64,000 bases of DNA from an uncultured Acidobacteriota bacterium (lineage in GTDB: Bacteria > Acidobacteriota > Thermoanaerobaculia > Multivoradales > UBA5704): NCBI GenBank assembly GCA_963770895.1, contig CAVYRF010000002.1, positions 3,584,001-3,648,000 on the forward strand, given 5' to 3'. Made by a program: the position numbers and the translations under genes. The notes under the pieces are model-generated. The model made no database searches, was not told where the DNA came from, and saw nothing but the letters and a program-made list of their open reading frames with translations. Of this stretch, positions 27,613-36,650 are shown piece after piece (within the stretch, counting starts at the first letter, position 1; the number at the start of each line of letters is the position of its first letter).

Positions 27613-27942
27613 TCAGGCGCCGGTTGAATTGGCAGGTGGCCGCGGCGGCTCGGCTTGCGCCACCGTTGGCGGAGCCGGCGGGGGCGCCCAGGCGGCGGGC
27701 TGGGCCTGCGCCACGGGCGGAGCCTGCACATAGGGCTGGGCCACAGGTGGCGCAATCTGACCGGTGGCCTGCTGCGCCGGGTTGGATTCCGCCTTGTGAC
27801 CGCCTCCCAGAGCGTCCCTGAAATCGCGGATCGAGGTCCCCAGCCCCTTGCCCAGCTCCGGCAGGCGCTTCGGGCCGAAGAACAGCAGGGCCAGGCCCAG
27901 GATGATGAGCAGGTGCATGGGTTGGAACAGTCCTTCGAACAT
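27613..27942 (-). CDS. tatA: Twin-arginine translocase subunit TatA
   Basis: TM helix, then FGPKRLPELGKGLG..IRDFR; GGAGG RBS. Confidence 0.95.
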   Translation of the reverse strand: MFEGLFQPMHLLIILGLALLFFGPKRLPELGKGLGTSIRDFRDALGGGHKAESNPAQQATGQIAPPVAQPYVQAPPVAQAQPAAWAPPPAPPTVAQAEPPRPPANSTGA

Positions 27943-27980
27943 ATGACCTCCAGGAAAAGGGCACTTCCCCCTTCACGCCT

Positions 27981-28009
27981 ATTCTGGTCCTGCGGGCGTC
28001 CACGGTCAA
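27981..28009 (-). promoter_or_regulatory. Sigma70-type promoter of tatA
   Basis: Minus strand TTGACC-N17-CAGAAT. Confidence 0.55.
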
Positions 28010-28199
28010 GCGGATGCGAAAAGCCAGGAAGCCCGGCGGGCCATTCCCGCTGTCAAGGCAAGTGTAAACAGTGAGCCGCGCGGGCTTGTGGCCCCCGCCG
28101 TCGTGGGCAAGCCAGGTGCTTTCGATCCGAACACGCCAGGCTTGCCCTTGCCGGGCGTGCTTGAGCGTCACCCGCCGGGATGCCGGCGCCGCAGGCGGG

Positions 28200-28247
28200 T
28201 CCGGCGGAGCCCCCCGCGCCTGGGTTGGGTTGGGGGACTCCGCCGGA
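28200..28247 (-). terminator. Strong hairpin closing the trb-parB-adhesin operon
   Basis: TCCGGCGGAGCCCCCC / GGGGGACTCCGCCGGA, a 16-bp stem with one G-U on the minus-strand RNA, 16 nt past the stop. No U tract. A second inverted repeat lies at 28105-28147. Confidence 0.55.
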
Positions 28248-28263
28248 TGTGGGGGTGGGGCGT

Positions 28264-30171
28264 TTACCGGGGCCGGGACCGGCCGCCGGTGGGAGGAGCG
28301 AGCGGCGCGGCAGGGGGCGGCCCGCCGCCGGGCTTGTTGCGCCGGCGCAGGCGCCCCACGGCCACGCTTCCGAGCAGGGTGAAGAGCGTCGCCAGGCCGG
28401 CGCTGCCCAGGGTCGGGACGGCGGCGGGCTGGGTGGGTGTGCCCGGGCCGCCGGGATTGCCGGGTGGCTGGGGCGGGGTCTGGGCGCTGGAGCAGGCGGT
28501 GTCGCCGGCGGCGTCGGTCAGGCAGGAGCTGTTGGCGATCTGCTGCAGTCCGGCCGGCAGCGGCGCGGCGGCGGTCAAGGCGAAGGTGCGGGTGCCGGAG
28601 GCGTCGGCCGGCAGCGGCCCCAGGGCCAGGGTGCAGGTGGCGCCGGGACCGCCGGCGGCGGGCGAGCAGGTCCAGCCGGGCGAGCTGGCGGCGGCGGCAA
28701 AGGCGGTGGCGTCCGGGACGGTTTCTCCCAGGCTGGCGGCGGCGGCGTCCTGGTCGCCGGTGTTGGCGTAGGCCAGCTGAAAGACCAGGGTGGCGCCGGC
28801 GGCCAGGGCCGGGCCGGCGTAGCTCTTGGCGAGCGACAGGTGCGGGTTGCCGTGGGTGGGCGAGGAGACGCTGGCGCAGACCGGCGCCAGGCCGGCGGCG
28901 CTGGCGCAGGCGGTGTTGGCGATGGCGGTGATGCCGGCGGGAAGCGGCGACGCGACGGTGACCGCGAAGGTGCCATGGAGCGTGGCGCCGGCTGCGAGGG
29001 TACCCAGCGCGTCGGTGCAGCTGGCGCCGGCGGGGCCGGCGGCGGGGACGCAGCTCCAGCCTGGCGAGCCGGCGGCGTCGAAGGCGGTGGCGGCGGGGAC
29101 GGTCTCCGCCAGGACGACGCTGCCGGCTCCCTGGTTGCCGGTGTTTTGCACCGCCAGGTCCCAGGTCAGCACGCCGCCGGGCGCACCGGTGCCCTGGGTG
29201 AGCGATTTGACCACCTTGAGCGCGGCGGCGCCGGTGGTGGCGGTGGCGACGCTGGCGCAGGCGGCGACGGTGGTCGGGCCTTCGCGCACGCAGGCGGTGT
29301 TGTTGATCACGCTGACGCCGGCGGCCAGAGGGCTGGCGAGCGTCACCGCGAACAGGCTGGTGAGCGTGCCGTCAGCGGCCAGGTTGCCGACCGGGTTGCG
29401 GCACAGCGCGCCGGGGTTGCCGTCCGGCGCGCAGACCCAGCCGGCGGCGCTGGCGGCGGCGTCGAAGGTGGTATTGGCCGGCACCGTGTCGACCAGCTGC
29501 AGGCCGCCGTCGCCCAGGCCGCTCAGGTCGCGCACCGTCAGGGTGTACAGCAGGGTCGAACCGGGGGCTCCGGAACCGGCGGCGGTCTTCTGCAGGCTGA
29601 CGTGCGATGGCGTCGCGGCGCCGCAGGCGGCGGCGCCGGCGCCCTGCGAGGCGGCGTCGAACGAGCGGCCGTCGGAGGTCGTCGCCTGGGCGGTGGCGGT
29701 GAAGGCCGGTGAGGTGGTGGACTCGAAGAGCGCCTGCCAGGTGACGACCACGGTCCAGCTGTTGTTGTCGAGCGGGTCTGCCGGACAGCTGAAATTGACC
29801 GCGCCCGAGGTGTCGCCGGGGCCGTTGCCGCGCGCCACGGTGGGCTGGCAGCCGACGGTGAGGTCGTTGTCGATGCGCAGCGTCCCCGGCTGGTAGACCA
29901 GACCGCTGGTGCCGGCGCCGGGGATCGTCAGGCTGCCGGTGAGCGCCGGGGTGCCCGAATCGCGGGTGGCGTAGGTGGCGCTCAGCAGCACCGGCTCGCC
30001 GCAGTCGAGGATGCCGTTGCCGTTGACGTCGACGAAGCCGGCGACCGCGACCTGGAGAGACGGTTGCGCCGCGAGCGGCGGGGCGGCGCCGCCCAGCAGG
30101 ACGGCGCGGATGGTGGCGCCGCGGGTGCGGCGGCAGGCAGGGGGGGTGGTGGGGGTGGCGGGTGGGTGCAT
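28264..30171 (-). CDS. DUF11-repeat surface protein with IPTL-CTERM-like sorting signal
   Basis: AAGGAGG RBS; signal peptide; three L..K.....PG..L.(Y/W/F).L...(N)...(D/E)TVP..T.F..A.S.GW.C..C..G.L..I.N repeats; Pro/Gly linker; VPTLGSAGL, TM, RLRRR. Confidence 0.85.
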   Translation of the reverse strand: MHPPATPTTPPACRRTRGATIRAVLLGGAAPPLAAQPSLQVAVAGFVDVNGNGILDCGEPVLLSATYATRDSGTPALTGSLTIPGAGTSGLVYQPGTLRIDNDLTVGCQPTVARGNGPGDTSGAVNFSCPADPLDNNSWTVVVTWQALFESTTSPAFTATAQATTSDGRSFDAASQGAGAAACGAATPSHVSLQKTAAGSGAPGSTLLYTLTVRDLSGLGDGGLQLVDTVPANTTFDAAASAAGWVCAPDGNPGALCRNPVGNLAADGTLTSLFAVTLASPLAAGVSVINNTACVREGPTTVAACASVATATTGAAALKVVKSLTQGTGAPGGVLTWDLAVQNTGNQGAGSVVLAETVPAATAFDAAGSPGWSCVPAAGPAGASCTDALGTLAAGATLHGTFAVTVASPLPAGITAIANTACASAAGLAPVCASVSSPTHGNPHLSLAKSYAGPALAAGATLVFQLAYANTGDQDAAAASLGETVPDATAFAAAASSPGWTCSPAAGGPGATCTLALGPLPADASGTRTFALTAAAPLPAGLQQIANSSCLTDAAGDTACSSAQTPPQPPGNPGGPGTPTQPAAVPTLGSAGLATLFTLLGSVAVGRLRRRNKPGGGPPPAAPLAPPTGGRSRPR

Positions 30172-30197
30172 GGGTGTACGGTCCCTCCTTTGGGGGG

Positions 30198-31109
30198 TCA
30201 GGCGAGGCAGGCGTACAGCTGCTCGACGCGCTCGTCGGGGCTGCCGTGCGGCTGGCTGCCCAGACGGACCAGCAGCGTGTCGAGCTGCGGCGTGGTGAGC
30301 TGGACGGTCAGCGGCTGGTGGAGCCCGGCGGCGACCGTGGGATCCAGGTCGGGGGCAGGATGGCCGGCGGTGCCGCCGGCAGGGGCAGGGGAAGGATCGG
30401 TGGGGGGCGCCGTGGCGGCGGCGAGGTCACTGCCGGCGTAAGCACCGGCACCGGCGCCGGCGTCGCGCAGCTGGGCGGCGATTTCGATCTGCTGCACCGT
30501 GATCGGGCCGCCGGTGCGCCGCGCCAGCGCCAGCAGGCGATTCTGCTGGGGCGCCGGCAGGCGATCGAACAGGTTGGCGCCCAGGATGCTGGCCAGGAAC
30601 CCCTCGCGCAGCGCGTCGCCGAGCGGGCCGGTGGCGGCGGCCAGGCGCAGGTAGTGGGAGCACCAGGCGGGCGAGCGGTGGTGCCGGCGGGCGAAGTCGG
30701 TCTTGGTCAGGCCGGAGAGCGCCACGGCGCGGGCGATGGCGCGGGCGCGGTCGTAGAGCGACAGGCTGCGCCGCAGCTCGCCGTCGTTTTCGTCGAGCTG
30801 CAGCATGAGCCGGTCGGACGGCGACAGCGGCTCCTGGCGCACCACGACCGGCACCGCCTGCAGGCCGGCCAGCTGGGCCGCCTGCCAGCGGCGGCCGCCG
30901 GTGATGATCTGGAAGGGCGTCGTCGCGCGCGCCGCCGGCAGCGGGTGGGGCGCCACCAGCAGCGGCTGGATGACGCCGTGCGCCCGCACGCTGGCGGCCA
31001 GCGCCTCCAGGTCCGGCCCGGCGATCGTGCTGCGCGGCTGGTCCGGGTCGGGGGCGATGGCGGACACGGCGACCAGCAGGGCGCCGGCCGGCGCGGCGGG
31101 AGCGCTCAA
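30198..31109 (-). CDS. parB: ParB/KorB-family CTP-clamp DNA-binding protein
   Basis: PDPDQPR, LAASVRAHGVIQPLLV, IITGGRRWQAA, QLDEN, and HTH TKTDFARRHHRSPAWCSHYLRL. TTG start overlaps the trbI stop. Confidence 0.85.
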   Translation of the reverse strand: MSAPAAPAGALLVAVSAIAPDPDQPRSTIAGPDLEALAASVRAHGVIQPLLVAPHPLPAARATTPFQIITGGRRWQAAQLAGLQAVPVVVRQEPLSPSDRLMLQLDENDGELRRSLSLYDRARAIARAVALSGLTKTDFARRHHRSPAWCSHYLRLAAATGPLGDALREGFLASILGANLFDRLPAPQQNRLLALARRTGGPITVQQIEIAAQLRDAGAGAGAYAGSDLAAATAPPTDPSPAPAGGTAGHPAPDLDPTVAAGLHQPLTVQLTTPQLDTLLVRLGSQPHGSPDERVEQLYACLA

Positions 31110-32851
31110 GGAGGGCCTCCCTGGGCGGAGGAGCCGGCCGCCTGGCGCGGCGTGCCGGGCAGATCGGCGGTGACGAAGACAAAGAAGGGCGTGCCGGCGG
31201 GCACGCGCAAGGTCGGCTGCACGGCCAGGTCGCGGCGCACCAGCTCCAGGCCGACGCTCGACAGCTCCTGGCCCAGGGCGGCGGCGGCGACCTGCTGGCT
31301 GCTGGGCGCCGTCGCGAAGCCGCTGGCCGCCGGCTGCGACAGCTGGGCGCCGGCGCCCAGCAGCGACAGCAGCACGGCATCGCCGAACACCCGCCGCAGG
31401 TGGTTGTCGGTCTGCGCCGGCAGGCCGGCGGCGCCGGTGGCGTCGGCGGCGGGCAGGCCGGCGACTTCGACGCTGCCGCCGTCGGCGAACAGGAAGCGGG
31501 TCCAGGCGACCAGCAGGCGGTTCTGGCCGGCGGCGACCTGGTCCTGGTAGCGCCCCAGCAGGCGGGTGCCGCGCGGGATGACGACCTGTCGCAGGGTGCC
31601 GTCGTAGACGTCGCGGCTGACCTGCGCCAGCAGCGGCCCGGGCAGACCGGAATCGACCGCCGTCAGCAGGGTCGCCGAGATCAGCGTCCCCGCCGCCACC
31701 GTCCCGCCGGCGGCCGGCGCGCGGTAGCGCACCGCGAGCGGTTCGCCGCCTGCCGGGGGGTGCCCGGCCAGCGCCTCCCAGCGCGAGCCGCCAGGACTGC
31801 CGCTGGCGGCGGCGCTCGCTCCGGCGCCGGGTCCGCCGCCCGCTCCGGCTCCGATGCCCGCTCCGGCACCGCCGGCACCGCCGGCACCGCCGGCTTCAAT
31901 GCCAGTTCCGGCTCCGATTTCTGCTCCGCCACCGGCGCCTGCTCCGGCGGCGCCCGCGGCGTCCGCCGGCCGGCGTGGCGGGCTGCCTCCTTCACCGGCG
32001 CCGCCGGTGACCGGGCCGACATTCGGGGGCGCCGGCGGGGCTGCCGCGGCGTCTGGCCCTGCGGCATCGCCACCTGCGCGGCCCTGGCTTCCGCCGCCGG
32101 CGTCCCCGCCACCGTCCCCGCGGCTACCCCTGCCGCCATCCCAGCCTTCGCTGGCCGGGAACCAGCGGCCCTGCCGTGGCGCACCCTGAGCGGCGCCGAT
32201 CGCGATCGCCAGCGGCGAGCGCAGGGCGCGCTGGAAGGCGGCGCGGGGGCTGCCGGGCGGTTCGCCGGTGCCAGTCGTGGTTGCAGTTGCGAAGGGTCCG
32301 CCGCCGGCCCCATAAGCTTCCGCGCCGCCCTGTCCGCCGGCGCCTGCCTGGGCGGTGCCGGCCGCGCCGGCCGCCGCGTTGCGATCGCCGCCGGGCGCCT
32401 GCAGCAGGCGCATCAGGCGGGCGGTTTCGGCCGCCGCGGACGGGTCGGCGCCCTGAGCGTCGCCGGCGCCATCGACCGCGCCGGTGCCGCCTGCGGCACC
32501 GATCCCGGCGCCGGCTCCGGCGGCACCAGCGCCGGCGGCTCCGGCCCCGCCTCCGGCGGCCAGTCCAGCCGCGATCGCCGCGGCAGCATCGCCGGCGCCC
32601 GCCGGCCGCCCGGCCACGGTGCCGGGAGCCAGGCGCAGGAAGCCGGGGGCGCCGCCTTCGAGGCGTTGCGCCAGCGCCAGGCCGGTCGCCCGCGGCGGCG
32701 GTGGCGGCGCGGCCAGGAAGACCGCCGCCAGCAGGGTGACGATCAGGATGAGCGCCGCCACCAGCAGCACGGCGCGGTTGAGCCGCCGTACGGTGTGGGA
32801 CAGGATGGGCGGCACCTTGGACGGCAGCGGCGAGCCGGAAACCGGGTCCAT
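31106..32851 (-). CDS. trbI: T4SS core protein TrbI/VirB10
   Basis: RRLNR plus TM, long Gly/Ala linker, AGTLI.ATLLTAVDSGLPG, IPRGTRLLG.Y, GQNRLLVAW.R, DNH, QPTL.V..G. Confidence 0.93.
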   Translation of the reverse strand: MDPVSGSPLPSKVPPILSHTVRRLNRAVLLVAALILIVTLLAAVFLAAPPPPPRATGLALAQRLEGGAPGFLRLAPGTVAGRPAGAGDAAAAIAAGLAAGGGAGAAGAGAAGAGAGIGAAGGTGAVDGAGDAQGADPSAAAETARLMRLLQAPGGDRNAAAGAAGTAQAGAGGQGGAEAYGAGGGPFATATTTGTGEPPGSPRAAFQRALRSPLAIAIGAAQGAPRQGRWFPASEGWDGGRGSRGDGGGDAGGGSQGRAGGDAAGPDAAAAPPAPPNVGPVTGGAGEGGSPPRRPADAAGAAGAGAGGGAEIGAGTGIEAGGAGGAGGAGAGIGAGAGGGPGAGASAAASGSPGGSRWEALAGHPPAGGEPLAVRYRAPAAGGTVAAGTLISATLLTAVDSGLPGPLLAQVSRDVYDGTLRQVVIPRGTRLLGRYQDQVAAGQNRLLVAWTRFLFADGGSVEVAGLPAADATGAAGLPAQTDNHLRRVFGDAVLLSLLGAGAQLSQPAASGFATAPSSQQVAAAALGQELSSVGLELVRRDLAVQPTLRVPAGTPFFVFVTADLPGTPRQAAGSSAQGGPP

Positions 32852-32854
32852 GGC

Positions 32855-34033
32855 TCACTCCTCCCTGCCGGCGGCGCCGGCGGCACCGGGGGCGCCGGCG
32901 GTGGCGGCCGGGTCGTCTGCCGTCCGCCGGGGGCGCTGGCGGCCGGCCGCGTGGTTGACGATTTCGAGCTGCTGCCGGTGACCCTTGCCGGCGCCGTCGC
33001 CGATCACCAGCACGGCGCGGTCGACGACGCGGTCGGTGACGTAGGCCTGCTGCTCCAGCCGGTAGTTGAGCAGGGCCAGGGAGCCGTCGGGCTGGGCCGC
33101 CAGCAGCGCCGGCGCCTCGGCGTGGCGGGCGGCGTCGGGGAGCAGGATGTAGGTGTGCTCGCCGTCGTCGAACACCTGCGACGGCGTCCACGGGAAGCCG
33201 CGGTCGCGGCGCCAGCGGTAGTCGAAGTTGAGCTGCGACAGCGCGACGCCGGGGGCCAGCGCGGCCGGCGCCCGCGCCGCGGCGGCGGCGGCCGCGGCCT
33301 GGGCCGCCGCGGCGGCGCGCTCGGCGTCGGCCCAGCGCCGCACCAGGTCTTCGGGGTAGTAGAAGCGCAGCAGGCCGGTGTAGGGCAGGCGTGGGTTGTA
33401 GCGTTGCGCGGCGCCGCGCGGTTCGCGGCAGGGCGGCGAATCCAGGCTGACCTCGTAGACCCGCCGGTCGGTCGCGATCACCAGGTTGGTGCTGACGTCG
33501 CACGCGGTCGGCTTGACCAGGACCAGCGGGGTGCGGGCTCCCGGCCCCGACGCCGCGGTCTGCACCAGCCAGCGTTCGCTGTCGCCGGTGGCGGTGGCGA
33601 GCAGCGTTTCGGCTTCCTCCAGCTGGATCGCGCAGGCGCGCAGCGGCGCGCACCGCACCACCGGCCGGGTGTGGCCGTAGGGCACCAGCACCGTCGCGCC
33701 GCCCAGCTCCAGCGACTTGAGGTCCGCCGCGTCGCCGCTGGCGCGCCAGGCGCGCGTCAGCGCCTCCCCTGCGCCCGCGCCCTGGTCCGCGCCGTCGCCG
33801 CCGGCGGCGGATGGCGCCGCGGCGGCGGCCGCGCCGGCGCCCGCGGCAGCGGCAGGGGCGGTGGGGTCGGAGACCGGGGCAGGGGCGGCGCCGGCGGTCC
33901 AGGGGCAGATGAGCAGCACGGCGAGCCAGCAGGCCGGCGCCGGCCACGGCAGGCGGCGGCGCCGGGAGCGGGCGGCGGCGAGGGCGCCATGGCAGGCGGC
34001 GCCGGAGGCGGGGGAGAGGGGCGGGCGGATCAT
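32855..34033 (-). CDS. trbG: T4SS core protein TrbG/VirB9
   Basis: CAPL....IQL...E, GDSERW, VKP....STNLVIATDRRVY, LNFDY, WTPSQVFDDG..TYI, APAL, NYR, Y.TDR. Confidence 0.93.
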   Translation of the reverse strand: MIRPPLSPASGAACHGALAAARSRRRRLPWPAPACWLAVLLICPWTAGAAPAPVSDPTAPAAAAGAGAAAAAAPSAAGGDGADQGAGAGEALTRAWRASGDAADLKSLELGGATVLVPYGHTRPVVRCAPLRACAIQLEEAETLLATATGDSERWLVQTAASGPGARTPLVLVKPTACDVSTNLVIATDRRVYEVSLDSPPCREPRGAAQRYNPRLPYTGLLRFYYPEDLVRRWADAERAAAAAQAAAAAAAARAPAALAPGVALSQLNFDYRWRRDRGFPWTPSQVFDDGEHTYILLPDAARHAEAPALLAAQPDGSLALLNYRLEQQAYVTDRVVDRAVLVIGDGAGKGHRQQLEIVNHAAGRQRPRRTADDPAATAGAPGAAGAAGREE

Positions 34034-34806
34034 CGCGGGTCTCCCATGGAGAGCTGCGTCCAGTTGATCTCGGTGACGAACAGGCCGAGCGGGTTGGTGA
34101 GGATGGCGGCGGCGGTCTCGGGCGGCTGCTGCTCGACGCGCAGGTAGGCTTCCCAGGCGGCGGCGCGCGGCGCACCGGCGAAACGGGGGCGCTCGATCTC
34201 GCGCCAGCTGACCTTCCAGGTCTGGCTGCGCGGCACCTGCAGCACGGCGGTGACGTCGACCTGGCGGGTGATGCCGCGGCCGAGCACGCGCGGGTCGTGG
34301 GCGGGATCGGCGAACCAGGCGTCGAGGGTGGCGCGGGCGGGGCCAGCCAGGTAGGCGTAGGCGTCCAGCAGCCGCACGCGCTCGGCTTCGGGATCGGCGG
34401 AGACGGCGCGCAGGTTGCGGATGAGCGCCGCCAGCTGGAACACGGTGACGCGGCTGTCGCCGCGGCGCAGACGTTCGGCGGGACCGAACGCCAGGGCCTG
34501 GCCGAAGCGATCGACTTCGACCACGTAGGGGGTGATGCGCGAGGCGGCGCCCTGGCGGATGTAGGCGGCCAGGACGCCGGCCAGCAGCGCCAGCAGGGCG
34601 AAGCTGACCAGCTGCCAGTTGCGCTTGCCCTTGGCGAGGTCGCCGAAGACGCTGGCGAACTCGTGGCGCGCGGCCAGGAACGGATTGGCCGCGGGCCGCC
34701 GGGCCGCGGCGACGTCCCTGCTGCGATCGGTGCGATCGGTGCGATCGGTGCGATCGGGCCGAGCGGGCCGATCGGGGCGGGCGGTGCGAGCGGGCCGGCC
34801 GGTCAT
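34030..34806 (-). CDS. trbF: T4SS inner-membrane protein TrbF/VirB8
   Basis: NPFLAAR.E......G......NW, TM, ITPYVVEVDRFG, AYAYL, TWKVSWRE, NPLGLFV.EINW. ATG 34806 overlaps the trbL stop. Confidence 0.93.
   Translation of the reverse strand: MTGRPARTARPDRPARPDRTDRTDRTDRSRDVAAARRPAANPFLAARHEFASVFGDLAKGKRNWQLVSFALLALLAGVLAAYIRQGAASRITPYVVEVDRFGQALAFGPAERLRRGDSRVTVFQLAALIRNLRAVSADPEAERVRLLDAYAYLAGPARATLDAWFADPAHDPRVLGRGITRQVDVTAVLQVPRSQTWKVSWREIERPRFAGAPRAAAWEAYLRVEQQPPETAAAILTNPLGLFVTEINWTQLSMGDPR
34722..34757. repeat. Perfect 9-bp tandem repeat x4 within the trbF 5' end
   Basis: TGCGATCGG at 34722, 34731, 34740 and 34749, encoding DRT repeats. Confidence 0.9.
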
Positions 34807-35819
34807 CGCAGCGAGTCCTGGAGCCGCAGGGTGGCGCCCTGGGTGAGCCGCGCCGCCACCGCCGCCGGCACCCGCCACACCAGCAGACAGAGGATGAGGG
34901 CGCCGGCGAGCAGCTGGAAATCCAGCGTCAGCGACGGCGCCGGGGGCTGTCCGCCGGCGCCGGCCGGCGTCAGGCTGAGCACCACCCACTGCCGCGACAG
35001 AGCGGTGCCGACGCCGGCCAGCAGGTACAGCAGGTAGACCCGGACGCCGGTCTGGAAGGCGTACAGCAGGTAGCCCTCGGCAAAGGGCGCGGTGCCGCGG
35101 AAGCTGGCGAAGCCCAGGAACAGCGCCCCGCCGGTGAGCACGATGTAGGTTTCGACCAGCGTCATGCAGATCTGCGCCGCGATGCCGGCGTAGGCCAGGA
35201 CCACCAGCAGCGCCGTCGCCGAGGCCACGATGTTGCCGGTGGGATCGGTGAGAAAGCCGGCGTTGCCGACGGCGAGCAGCAGGTTGGAGGCGATGGTGAT
35301 GCCCAGGTCGAGCAGCTGCGACGGGTTGACGGCGGTGGTGCCGGTGGCGCTCTGGCCGGCCGCCTCGAAGCCGCGGGTGATGGCGGGCACCCACAGCGGG
35401 AACAGGTAGATCAGGCTGAACAGGAACGACAGCAGCATGAACTTGCGCAGCAGCGCCGCCAGCGCCGCGTCCAGGCCGTCGCGGCCGAGCGCCCACCAGA
35501 TGCCGGACACCGCCAGCTCCAGCGTGGCGAGCAGCGCGAAGGTCCGTTCGGCCAGCGGCACGATGCGCGCAAGCCAGCCGGCGGCGGCCGTTTCGTAGTC
35601 CAGGACCAGGCCGTCCACGACGCCGGCCGCGTCCTGCTGCCGCGGCACCCCCGGCTCGCCGGCGGCGGCGCCGGCGGCGCGGGCGGGCACAGCGAGCGCC
35701 AGCGCCAGCAGCACCACCACTGCCAGCGCCGGCAGCACCGGCAGCGCCAGGCGGATCGGGCAAGCTCTCCCCATTGCCGCCGCGCTGGGGCGGCGGGCAG
35801 GTCCATGCAGGCTTGACAT
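34803..35819 (-). CDS. trbL: T4SS polytopic protein TrbL/VirB6
   Basis: F.LLATLEL, I..GF..AG, NPSQLLDLG, LVE.YI, FLGF....T...AE.YL, VPAAVA. Position between trbJ and trbF. Confidence 0.9.
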   Translation of the reverse strand: MSSLHGPARRPSAAAMGRACPIRLALPVLPALAVVVLLALALAVPARAAGAAAGEPGVPRQQDAAGVVDGLVLDYETAAAGWLARIVPLAERTFALLATLELAVSGIWWALGRDGLDAALAALLRKFMLLSFLFSLIYLFPLWVPAITRGFEAAGQSATGTTAVNPSQLLDLGITIASNLLLAVGNAGFLTDPTGNIVASATALLVVLAYAGIAAQICMTLVETYIVLTGGALFLGFASFRGTAPFAEGYLLYAFQTGVRVYLLYLLAGVGTALSRQWVVLSLTPAGAGGQPPAPSLTLDFQLLAGALILCLLVWRVPAAVAARLTQGATLRLQDSLR

Positions 35820-35831
35820 GGCGGCTCCGCG

Positions 35832-36650
35832 TCAGTCGGCCGGCCAGGCGGGCGGCGTGAAGGTCCAGCCTGGCGAGGCGTTGATGGCGGCGGCGCGGGC
35901 GGCGTCGGCGGTCATGGCGCCGAAGGTGGCGCGCGCCTGGGCTTCGCGGTTGATCCAGTAGCCGCCGGCGACCGCCTGCAGGTTGGTCTGGACGGCGAGC
36001 GCCTGGCGGGTCAGCAGCTGCTCCTGGGCGGAGAAGCCGGCGAGCGTGGTGAGCAGCTCGAGCGCCTGCTGGTGACCCTGGGTGCCGGCCATCTGGGCGC
36101 GGATCGCGGCCAGCAGCTGCTCGCCGGCGGCCAGCTCCTGGCCCTGGCGGGCGGCGGCGGCGAGGCCGGCGCGCAGGGTGTCGAGCGCCCGGTCGGTCTG
36201 CTGCGGGTAGGTGGTGCCGAAGGTCGCGGTCCAGCTCTGCCAGCCCGGATAGGTGGCGGTGAACTCGCCGCCGGGGTCGGGCAGCGAATAGCCGAGCGAC
36301 TGCCCCGAGCGCGCCAGCGCCGCCAGGTCGCCCAGCTCGCTCGCCACCTGGCGCCATGCCGGCGCGTCGAGCTTGCGCAGCGCCTGGAGCTGGTAGCGGA
36401 TCTGCTGCGCCTGGTTGGCCAGCTGCTCCACCTGCTGGTAGATCTGCAGGGCGAACTGCAGGTAGTGGACGTAGTGCCAGTGCGCGTTGAGCGCGATGTG
36501 CGCCACGTCGGTCACCGGGATGATCGCCGCCGCGGGCGGCGTCGCGGCGGCCGTCTGCAGGACCAGCGCCAGGGTCGCCGCGGCGGCGACCGTGCGGCGG
36601 CGGCGCGCGGCAGCGGGGGAGGGGGCGGGGGGGCGTGGCAGGATGGTCAT
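35832..36650 (-). CDS. trbJ: T4SS protein TrbJ (VirB5-like)
   Basis: Signal peptide, PVTD, Q-rich helix QIYQQVEQLANQAQQ, F..TYPG, S/T.G..QALE. ATG 36650 overlaps the trbE stop. Confidence 0.85.
   Translation of the reverse strand: MTILPRPPAPSPAAARRRRTVAAAATLALVLQTAAATPPAAAIIPVTDVAHIALNAHWHYVHYLQFALQIYQQVEQLANQAQQIRYQLQALRKLDAPAWRQVASELGDLAALARSGQSLGYSLPDPGGEFTATYPGWQSWTATFGTTYPQQTDRALDTLRAGLAAAARQGQELAAGEQLLAAIRAQMAGTQGHQQALELLTTLAGFSAQEQLLTRQALAVQTNLQAVAGGYWINREAQARATFGAMTADAARAAAINASPGWTFTPPAWPAD

Noticed and set aside
27613-27942. tatA as part of the T4SS operon
   Set aside because: It is separated by strong hairpins (28105-28147, 28200-28247) and has its own TTGACC-N17-CAGAAT promoter.
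36560-36650. Arg runs in the TrbJ, TrbC, TrbG and S9 signal peptides as Tat motifs
   Set aside because: They lack the S/T-R-R-x-F/L-L pattern; Arg runs are expected at this GC content.
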